Below, in pieces: positions 11,701 through 23,700 of a stretch of 64,000 nucleotides of DNA (position 1 is its first letter; every line of letters starts with the position of its first letter). The position numbers and the translations under genes are program-made. The notes beneath the pieces were generated by a model. The model saw nothing but the letters and a program-made list of their open reading frames with translations. It was not told the origin of the DNA and did no database searches. The DNA is taken from contig OZ241827.1 in NCBI GenBank assembly GCA_965202585.1, positions 57,722,001 to 57,786,000 on the forward strand. Direction: 5' to 3'. This DNA is from Thalia democratica. Its lineage: Eukaryota.

Positions 11701-14700
11701 TTTAAACCTTGAACAGAAAATTTTGTAAAAAACACTTTACGAAAAATATTTTTTTCTTTATACGGTAGTTTGAAAGTAATTTAACATAGTTTTAAACAAC
11801 TTTTAAACATTTTCTACAAATATAGGCCAAAAATAGAAAAATGTATACTAAAAAGAATGATTTTTATTGCGGTTTAATTAAGTTATCTATGTTGCATACC
11901 ATTTGAAGATTATGATATATACATGTATTATTTAAGAATTCGTTCTATCACTTAACTAGGTTTCAAAATTAAACACTCCAGTATTTTAGTTTTTATATGT
12001 AACATTAATAATTTTGTGCAACTATGAATTACATAAAGTATATTTTCAGCTGCCTAAAAAAATGGTTAAACTTTTAATAAAAACATAAAAATATGCAAAC
12101 CTTTGAAAATAAAACATCCAGTATCATTTCCAACAACCAGTAATTTTATTAATAAAATTAAACATAAATCAATTAATTAATTTCGTTTAGCTCTTTATCA
12201 GAATATACTTGCTAAAAACTGATAATAATGTAGTATAAATGTAGTTATAAACATTAATTTTGAAATACGTAGCTAAAAGTTGTTACGTCAGAAAGCATAT
12301 AAGTCTGTTTGAAATGCTAAATTAGAATTGAATTATACTTAGCTGATTTGAAGCTGCCTGTAAAACAAAACTATTAAAACAAAAACATTTAAGATAGTAG
12401 AAATTTTACCTGAAACAAATTAAATAAAAAGTACATTACAAAAATACGACAATAAACGACAACAATAATACTAAAAAATGCTATTTGTTTAAATCTTTTT
12501 GTTTGCAAGCTCAGGCTCACGAGTTTTCACCTTATAGGAGTGAAAACTCAATACGACTGGCTAAGCAAGCTTCATTAGCTGTAAAATCCACCTTTAATAG
12601 CGTTTCGCTACGTGTTGTGTACAACACCAACCGCCCTCTTAACGGAATTGTGAAAGATGTCACACCTATCCATGATTTAAGTAATGTAGTATACATATTT
12701 AAATGTCATTGCGGAAATGACTACGTAGGTCGAACATCTCAGCATTTCCACCTCAGGCGAGAGCAGCATGTCACGAAAAAACTAAAAAAAAATATTTTTA
12801 ATGACGACGTTATGCCGAAAGGTGAACAGTCATCTATCCAAGAGCACCTCCTCAACAACCCTGTTTGTGCTGAGAACTACCTGGATACTAGGTTCAAAGT
12901 TCTTTATAGAGCGAGAAACACTTACCATCGCTCAGTTCTAGATTCTTTGTTTATTAGAACTCGTGAGCCGAAAATTTGCAAACAAAGAGATTTTTACAAT
13001 TTAAAACTTTATAAATAGCATTATTTTAGTATTATTGTTGTCGTTTATTGTCTAATTTTTGTAATGTACTTTTTATTTAATTTTGTTTCAGGTAAAATTT
13101 CTATTATCTTAAATTATTTTGTTTTAATAGTTTTGTTTTTTACAGGCAACTTCAAATCAGCTAAGTATAATTCAATTCTAATTCAAAATTTTTTTACAGA
13201 CTTTTATGCTTTATGACGTAACAATTTTTAGCTACGTATTTCAAAATTACTGTTTATAACTACATTTAAACTACATTATTATTAGTTTTTAGAAAGTATA
13301 TTCTGATGAAGAGCTAAGCGAAATTAATTAATAAACCTTTTTGAAAATGAAGAACTTATGTTTAAATTTTTTAGTTAAAACCGGTTTTAAAACCAAACTA
13401 TTCATTAGTAATAAATATTAACAATTAAAATAAAAACTGCTAATCACAAACTTATCACAGTCTAGTGTTGAAATCTATTGCCAAGTTTTAAAAAAATTTA
13501 GATGAATACAACTAAAAATCATTCTAGTTTCATTCTCTAAAGCGGTTAAAACATTGTTATAGGTTTATAACTTAATTTTTAGTTTTTATTTTCAATATAA
13601 ACAACAGACAAAATCTGAAAACTAAAAACCTGATTAAATTATGTTTAACTTCTGCTTTCGATTTCAATTAAACAACATTATTTTCACTGAAATGTTGAAA
13701 ATGGTCAATGCGGTTTGTGAACCAAACTAATATAAAACTATTGTGGCTTAAATTAAATTTTGTAAAGTTTTAAAGTTGCATGAACGTATAAAACCTACAA
13801 GGCAACTACTTAGTTTATTTTAAGCAACATATATTTCATAAAAAATGGATTAATTGGATTTAAATAAAATCACGTCATATATTTTTGTATTTACTGTAAA
13901 ATTCACTGAAAGTTTTAATTTACTTAATTAATTTTTACAAGCATATGGAAACTTCTGCTATTGTATAAAAACAAAACCTGCCTGATGTACACTTACAATC
14001 AAAGCGCTTTTTAAAAAACTTTCCTTTTATTGGAAATTTTCCTCAGTTTTTGCTTATAGTAATGATTTTAGATCAAAAATTATCTTATTTTTAAAACATC
14101 ATTAGCAATTTGTAATAAAAATCAAAATTTATCTGAAGTTCTATATCAAAATAAAAAATAATAAGTCAATATACTTGTTTTTACACTACTCCAATATATT
14201 TTAGGCTACAAAGAAATAAGGCCAGTGTGCAAATCTTCGAATAGCTCAGAAGTTTTTCCAGATTCCAGATGCATTGAGGAGGGTTTGGGTGAGGCGAAAA
14301 TTCGCCGGGTGAAATGCGTGCTACCCCTATGCAAGGAAGCGCGCCCCTCTATCAATGGCACCAGGTATGTTGCTCATGGTGAAAGTTTGCTTAAAGCTAA
14401 ATTTTTATATTTAAATAAATTATTACTTACTAGTTGTTCGGGTTTTAAACAAATATTATATTACAAAATTCAAAATACTTTATTAACAAAGTCTGGTTTT
14501 TGAATGAATAAACATGCAAAAAATAAAAAAATTCTTTTCAGACATTTTTTTAATAAACTGAAGCTTAGCCATTTATCTTTTTTTTTTAAATAAACAACAT
14601 TCTTAATTTTAGATTTAAAGTAGTTATTTCTTAATGAAAGTGTCTAAGTATTGTAAACTAAATAAGTACTATATATAACTTGTCAGTTGTCTACTTTAAC

Positions 14701-17700
14701 GTTTTTAAAAAGTATACATTTTAGAAACTATAGTTATAGTTATTTATCAATTTATCACAACAGATTTTACAAGTACCCAGAGCAACACTACGAATACTCG
14801 AGCATACACACGTGAGTTATTTCTTGTTTACTTTTACCGCTAGGGCGCGCTATAGCTCTTTAAAAATACCAAAAACGAAATATTACATGATGTTGCGTGT
14901 AATCGTTTTATTTTTCCGCTTCGAGGCGCTAAATACTCAATTTTGTAGCTGGAGGACGATCGAGAAGGGAGCGTGCAGCGTGAGTTGCGGGAACGGGACG
15001 CTGCAAAGGACGATCAGATGCGTGGAGGAGAAGTACAGCGGAGATGTGATCAGGATCCTTGAGGACGAGTCGAAGTGCGGGAACTTCGTGAAACCGGAAA
15101 ACATTGAAGCGTGCAACACGTTCGAGTGCCCGAAGTGGATCGTTGGAAACTGGTCCGATGTAAGCTGGCTGAGATTTTATTTACTACACAATTTTTTAAG
15201 ATAAGATTTTTAAATTGTTTCAAAAAATTTAAAAACCAAATTAAAAAGAAGAAGCATTAGCTTAATTTTTTTTTTCAATAATCATATATAAATAGACATT
15301 TTATAAAAACATAATTGTTAATTGATTACTTCAATTGTATTCAATTATATAGTCTTGAATAACCACAAAACATTTTTAATTTCTCTATTGACCCAGATCC
15401 TATTTTTATCCTTAAATGAACAGTGTAGTGTTAGTTGCGGTAGTGGAGTGCGAAATAGGTACATCATATGCGACAACAGAGCGACTCCTACAATAAATTG
15501 TGACACAAGACGACAACCCAACACTGTGATGGAGTGCAACAAAGTCTGTAAAAAGAGTTAGTTACTTCTGTAATTTCGTAAAACTATGCTTTTTGAAACA
15601 TGTTTACAGATTCGAAGAGTCACAGAACTTTATCATAATTTCGATTAGTTTAACTTTTAATCAGTTTTGTGTTTTATAAAATAATAAGTCTTTTGCATTC
15701 AATATAAATAATGGTAGTTCAGTATACAGTTTAAACGTACAAAGTTTATTTTAACTAGAAAATATTCTGGTCATTTATAGCTTAATTGTTAACTTAGTTT
15801 TTATGACGTATTATTGCGGATGTAGCGTTTGTTTAAGTGAGTAAAAAATGTGATAAAATATTTTATAGCTTTCCTTTAGTCATGCCTTATTGTGCTTCTT
15901 GGATTAAGCTAGGTTTCTGAATAATTAGTTTTTAAACATCACTAAAAATATGTTTGAAATAACTAAACACAACTACTACTGTGGCAAATAGAACGATTTT
16001 TCCCAGGTAAGACCGGCAGAAAAATCACGAAGAAAACTAAATCAAAGAAAAGGAAACAGAAAACAAACCAAATAAAAAAACCTGTTCTGAAATTCACTCC
16101 AGTTGCCAAGTAAGTTTTAAATTTTAAAGTCCGTATAGTTATGCTAATAAAACTAAGTCCTTAAAAAATGGTTTTAAAGTAAATGATTAAAGTTAATATT
16201 TTTAAGCCTGATTGTTTTATTATTTAAGTATTAAACTACTAGTTTGACTTTAAATTAACTTTATATCAATGAGGAAAAGAAAACTTTATCCAATATATTC
16301 AAACTAAGTTTTCTTTGGCTCGCTAGCTGTCAGAGAATAAAAAAGTTAGCAGTTACATTGTACTTGACTAAATCAGTATAGGACTTTTGTTGGTATCAAA
16401 CAAAAATTCTTTTACACAAACATCTGTGATAATTTTTTAAGTTTAACTAAATACAAATAGATGGAAGGCGAGGGAGTGGAGCGCATGTTCGAAATCTTGC
16501 GGGATGGGAGGATTCAGGACGAGGAGGGTGGAATGCGTGGAGGAGGGGATCACAAAAGAGGAGGAATTGTACAAGAGCGAACCCAGGTGCAGGGGACCGG
16601 CTCCCGTTCATACCGAGGTATTTAAAGTAGAAATTATTTAAGTAAATGAAATATAATTTTAAGTATTTGTGATGTTGAAAATCTAATGATAATTTTCTAT
16701 AAAAAAAATTAAAACTCAGTTATAAGAAAATTAAGGGATAAAAATATAATAAAGTTTTGTTAGGAAAAAGGTACTTATTGGTAAATATATATATTCTATT
16801 AGGACAGACTGAATTACTATAACAAATTATATAGTTTAGATTTTTAAAATAGTTTGACATTAGCTGGTTTAATCTTTTTATTTTTTATTTATAGTTTAAA
16901 AATAACCTAGTTTAGTATTTTTGCTTACTCTTTTTCGGAATTTTCTAGTTTCAGACTTTTCGTTTTTTTAATTTTTTAAATTGTTTTGCTGGTGTAAAAC
17001 TGTTATTTATTTTAGCTTTCGTTTTTATTTTATAGACTTAGCAATTTGTTATACAACTATAAACTGTTTTTATAAAGTTTAAAATATATGTAGTACTAAA
17101 AAGTATAACACATAAACTACAGTTTTAGGTAGGCCGTATTTAAGTCTAAAATGTTCAGAGTATTTTGACTGATTTTATCGACTGATATATCAAATGAAAT
17201 GCAACAATCTAATTACAAAAAAACTTTTGTTGCAAAGAATTTTTCCTATTAATAAACGGTAGCATTAATGAGTTAAATTGAATTTTAAAAGTCATCCGAG
17301 TTTGACTTTGGATTATCTGTTGCGATAAGAGCCGATACCCCAAATGTTTCTTTCGTGTTGTAGTTGGGTTGTGACCTCTTGATTAAACAAACTACAGTTT
17401 ATAATGTTTGCTTCGCATATTGTTGGCTTTGTAGTTTGTGGCCGGCTTTTCGAACGAGGGTGATTTTACAAGCGCGAGTTAAACATCAAAAAGTTGAAAA
17501 GGGGGCTTCGCTTAAACCGCTCAAGTACTTTAAAGATTACTTTGATTCTACCTATTATAATCTAAATGTGACTGAGTTACTCCTTTACTCGAAAATTAAT
17601 TTTAAAGTGATAGTTTTTTTAAGTTTTATGTCTAAAAAATTCTTGAAATTTATTCAGAAAAGAAAATGTGTACAATGTTTATACTTGCAGAAATGCTTTT

Positions 17701-20700
17701 TGGGTTTGTGCCCCTTCGACACGCATCGACGGGTGAATGAGGCGATGGGGTCGCCGATATCGGTTGTCAGGGTGATCGAGAATCAGGTGGTGGTTGTCAA
17801 GGAGGAGTTTGTGTGGAGATTTGTCAAGTGGACAAGCTGCAGCGTCACTTGTGGATTTGGTATTTTTTTTAATTTTATTTTTTTTCTAAAAACAGTTAAT
17901 TAAGTCATCATTTTCTTTTTTAAGTAAGTTAAACTAAAAAAATATAAATAATTTATTCAAGGTTTGTAAATACTTGAAAAGGTCCTATACATATTGTTAT
18001 TGTATTATTTATATTATTCTTATCAATTTTATTCTCAACACTATAGGTTTAACAAAATTAGGTGGACTGGTGTTCTGTAAAATTTAATCATTAAGATATA
18101 AAAATACTTTAGTATTGTTCGCGTGCAAGCTACGCGTGTTACTAGTTATAATATTTATCAGTAATCTTCTGTAAGCTTTCACAGATTAAATATACTTCAT
18201 TATTTTAAATTTATCTAAAGTCATCTTTTTCCTAATTCTTATTGACTGCGAACAAATTCATTTCTGCCACCAAATATTTTTGCTAAAATATAGTCTGTCT
18301 CTGTTTTTTCGAATAAAAGCACAACTATTCATTACAGCCAACAAAAAAAAAAATGTAAAAAGTATGACTACATGTGTATCTTTTTTATATGTATGAATAA
18401 AATAGGAATATTTTATATGAGTAATCGACAATAAATATTTTTACGTATTAATTGTCAAAAAAAGTTTTAAGTTTAATAATCCTTAGTTAAGAATTAGTTA
18501 ACAAATTTTCTTTAAAATGTTTATGGTGTAACAAAAAAAACTACTACACAAGTAAGTATATGATAAGTATACACACAAGAGTTATTTACTTGTGTTTATC
18601 AAATTTCAACTTCAAAAAGTGTAAAATAAATATATTTATTTAGTTCACACTTTAATTGATTAAGATTGATAAGAAAACCATAAAATTGTTTTTTAGCAAT
18701 TTCTGTTCAATATGTAAATGTGTTACATTGTAAACTTTTGTTATTTAGATTTATTTAGTTTCTAAATAAAACAAGTGTTTTAACTACTTAAAATGGACAC
18801 ATATTTTAGAGTTTAGATTTTATAAATCTGTTTAGTAGTTGTAATTACTAAGCAAAAAACTTGTTTGATCTTAAGTTTATTGTAATCGTTAATCATCACA
18901 ATATATGACTAAAGTCAAATTTTAATTAAAAAACTAGATGTGTAGCATACAGCTTAACTTGTTAATTTTTATCACACATTAAAAAAGGATTTTGAAAGAT
19001 TAAACACTAATAACCTACTTAGCTGCCATATAGGTTACTTTTAACCTTTAAAGTACCCTAATTGTTTACTTTAGAAATTAATATTAGTTAAAAATTTTTA
19101 TAGATGTAATATTTTGTATTTGTTAGTAAATTTTAACTTGTTGAGATAACCTTAAACTAAGTTAACTTTATAGTAGCTTTCAATCACCTAGAAACTTCTT
19201 ACTAATACTTATTTGATCAGAAATACGTGTATAACTAAAAGCATTTAGTAAACACTTGTAACCTCTATAACGTTTTCTTACCAAAATTGAATTTGGATAG
19301 TATGGCCATAAATTTATCGTTAAAGATGTTTTATCAGAAAAATAAGTAACATAAATTTTATCACTTTTAAATACTATAAATAATTCTATCTCAAACTTTA
19401 TTTTGTGTTATTCTATAAAAATGTAATTTTTGTATTTAAGCTTATGATGAAGACTAGTTTTGAAACTTTAATTTATATATAAATACTGTTTTCTATTATG
19501 TAAATTTGCACTATTAAAACTACTACATGACATTTAGATGCTATTTTTAGTTATAACTTAAAAAAGTTTATTGCGCCATTAGTTGTAATAAAAGATAGAA
19601 AGCCAGCAATTTTTTCTAACAGCCAACAAATTATACAATTATCACTTTTTCTTCGCGCCATCACCTTTTGTCTGTACCCAACTTTGCGTATCCAGACACC
19701 GAATTGTCGACTGTGGTACTTAAACTTTAGCAAATACTCCCCGGCAACGTGAAGTTAAAACCTTAGTTTAAGGGCTTAGAGCGGGCGAAAAGGGATTTGC
19801 AGATATTCGAAAACGTTTGTCGTTCGGACAAATTGGTGTTTTTGGCGGCATGGAGCGAGGCAATTACGAGCGGATAATTCGATATTTTCTGCACAACTCG
19901 ATACGCTGGCACCTGTTTGTTGTTGGGCCGGCACCTGCAAAAATACCTCCATCGTATCGGGTTGCAAACACATCGCGGCTTTGATCCGACTTTAAAAGGA
20001 TGAAGCTCATAACCTGTTTTCATACCGTAAAAGTATGCTAGGAATGACGGTGAATTGACACTGTCAACACAATTTTACTTGGATATTGAAGGTTTTATCT
20101 GAAATTACAGCGTTATTAAAGTGTTTTTGTTTGTAAACAACGCATTAGAAAAGTTGTGTTATATTGCGAGCATTCATTGGGCTGTAAAAAAAAATAAATA
20201 TTTTATATGCAAATATTAGAGTTTAAATTAGTTTTTAAGTTACTTATAATTAAAAAAACAGTTATAACAGTTTTATCAAAAAGATAAAATTTCATTTAAT
20301 GTAATTTAATAATATATATGTATTCTATATTCTATATTTTTATATTCTTTAAAAATATAGAATATAATTTATTGTATTTTCACAGGAATGTCGGTGTCAA
20401 TACCGTTCTGCTACGACAACCTTACAAATCGCCTGGCAGCAGACAGCAGATGCGATCGATCGAAACATCCCCTTCCGAAGCTGGCCACCTGCAAGAGGGA
20501 CCCCTGTCCCGTTCCATCCAAAACTGAAAACGAGACCAGGTAACTTTTATTTGCTTTAATTATTTTGGTGGCGGTTTTTCTAGTTTGTGAAGCAAAACTG
20601 CATGAGAAACGTTAGTACGGTTTTCTGGGTTGCCTGTCAAAAATTGAAATTTGGTAAAATATGACATAGTTCCTTGTAGAAGTGTTCTGATGGGAACAAA

Positions 20701-23700
20701 AGAGCCGTGTAATTGGACTGTTTTCAACGCGCACTGCTTAAGTAACATCATTCAGGTATCATGTATCACTCTTAACCTTACTAAAATTGAATTAGCAATC
20801 GTTACGATCAAAGTGAGTCAAGTAAAACGCGATTGAATCAATAAAAGAAAAAGGAAAAGCAACACAAAATTTTTTTAAAAGTAACTCAAAACATGTGAAA
20901 TTAAGCTAAAAAACCTTTACTTTAACAAATTCATTAGTTTTTATCAAAAATTCCGACAAATGCTATTTTCAGCTAAGTCTAGAATTTGTAAAAAAAATGT
21001 AAAACTAAGCTCATAAAAACTATTGAACAAATATTGCCAATAATATTTATAAAGTGTAAGCAACTTAATTTAAAGTTAACTAACTTTTAGGCTTGGTAAA
21101 ATATAGGCGTTAATATGCTTGAGTAAAGCTTCTTTGATCAGAGCTTTGAATTCTTATGATTGATGTTGTTGAGATCTTATTTTGCTCCTTTAGAGACTCT
21201 TATCGAGCGAGCTATTACGTAAGAAGCTGTCAACGCCAAGAGGAGTGCAAAACTGGTAAAGTTCAATCACTCAAAACTTTTCCCAAACACCCTTTTGAAG
21301 TGTTGCACCTCAATGTATTTATGCCTCGAAACGATACCTTTTATGTAGGCAATTTAGATATCTTTTGTTCGGCAAATCAGGGATAAAGGGTTTATTTTGA
21401 AACAGTTTTGGCCACCTGCAAAACTGAAAACGAGACCAGGTAACTTTTTTTATTTGTTTTAGTTTCTTTGATGGCGATTTTTCTATTTTGTGAATCAAAA
21501 CTGCATGAGAAACGTTAGTACGGTTTTCTGGGTTGCCTATCAAAAATTAAAAATTGGTAAAATATGACTTAATTCATTGTTGAAGTGTTCTGATGGGAAC
21601 AAAAGGGTCGTGTAATTGGCCTGTTTTCACCACGCACTGCTTAAGTAACAGTATTCAGGTATCATGTATCACTCTTAACCTTACTAAAATTAAATTAGCA
21701 ATCGTTATGATCAAAGTGAGTCAACTAAAAGGCAATTGAATCAATAAAAGACTAGGGAAAAGCGACACAAATACTTTTAAAAAGTAACTCAAAACTTAAA
21801 TAGTGAGAATAAACCATGTGAAATCAAATTAAAATACCTTTACTTTGACAAACTCATTAGTTTTTATCAAAATTTCCAACAAATACTATTTTTAGCTAAG
21901 TCTAGAATTTAAAAAAAAAATGTAAAACTAAGCTCGTAAAGACAATTGAACAAATATTGCTAAAAACATTTATAAAGTGTACGCAACTTGTATTAGAAAT
22001 TTACTGACTTCTAGACCTGATGAAGTATAGACGTTAATATGCTTGAGTAAAGCTTCTTTGATCAGGACTTTCAACTCTTATGATTGATGTTGTTGAGATC
22101 TTATCTCGCTTCTTTAGAGACTCTTATCGAGCGGCTCTAATACGTAAGAATCTGTCAACGCCAAGAGGAGTGCAAAACTGGTAAAATTTAATCACTCAAA
22201 ACTTTTCTCAAGCACCCTTTTGAAGTGCTGCACCTCAATGTATTTATGCCTCGAAACGATACCTTTTATGAAGTCAAATTAGATATCTTTTGTTCGGCAA
22301 AACAGGGATAAGGGGTTTCTTTTGAAACAACTTTGACTTGAGTCAGCTGATAAGAATTAAAGTGCTGCTGGTAATGTTCTGAAGGCAATTTAAAATAAAT
22401 TTGAAGTTTTTATTTCTAATATTACGTTTCATCAATTTGTCTGCTTCTTAATGTTTATATTTACACTTAAAATTTTAAACATTTAAGTTTATTTTTTAAT
22501 TTTACATCAGTTTAGCAGCTTTTTTATGTTTATTTTTACGTTTAAAATTTTTAACATGAAACATTTATTTTGAAAAACGAAACCAGTTATAATAGTTATA
22601 AACTAAAGTCTATTATTTTAATCTTTGACAAGAGAATTAATGCTGAACTTAATGTTTTTCGCTACCAAATATTCAACTTTGGTTAAGAACACTACATTTA
22701 TAAAAAATAATTGTAAACAATAAAACATATATTCCTAATGCACTTAATTGACTTAATAAAAAAAAATGAAGTAAAAAATACATTTAAGACAAACTAATAT
22801 TTTTGGTTTTACATTAGATATTTTAACGAGTAATTAAAACTATTTAACAAAGCAAAAATATTTTGTAAATTAAAAAATTAAAACGTCAATCGTTTTATGG
22901 TAAATAATTAATGCTTTAATTTTAACATTTAAAGTGTTAATGTAACGGATATTAGTGGTATATTTGAATTACTTTAGTGTAAAAACTATTTTTATAATAC
23001 TAAGACGGCTATGTACATAATTTTTTTTCTAAAAACACTAAACAGAAGAACTTTATAAACAAAAGTTTCTTTATAATTCATTAACACGATTAAAACTTTA
23101 TGAAACTACATAAATTGTTTTAGACGAAAAATCGTAGAAAAATAACAGCATTTGTAGTACAGGTAAATAGCGAACATGAGATAACTTTCCATGTAAAGGA
23201 AAAAGGCTAGAACTTCTTTGCTCACAAATTATTTTGAGTATGTAAGGCTTTGCATAGGAATTTGTGTAAAAGCAGAGTTAGACAAGATAATTTTTGAGTA
23301 AAACAGTTTTTGCTCAGCTGATAAGCTAAAAGGTTGCATTTTTGTTTCTAAGTTTATTTCAGAGCTTAGATGAAATTTAGGTTCTGTATTATGTTTTTAT
23401 AGTGCAAACGAAATCAGTTTTGTTTTAATATTATTTTTTTTATTAAATGTGGATTAATAATCTCTCTTACAATTACTTTAAGACGAATTTTCATTAATCA
23501 AATTCATAAAAAAAAATTAAAATCACCACAATTAAGTTATGTGTTTATCAGATTTTAACTCTTTAAAAGTTTTCAAAAACAGTAAGACAAAAGAAAAACA
23601 CAAGTATTTTAAGATATGTTAGTAAGCTTTTGTAGTAAATCCCTTTATTAATTTAGAACTTTTTTTTACCTAGAATGACTTAGATTGTTTATTTTTACTT

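Noticed and set aside
17364-17903. 179-aa ORF
   Set aside because: Only 17691-17859 is exon 16. The rest is intron read-through with no protein-like signal.
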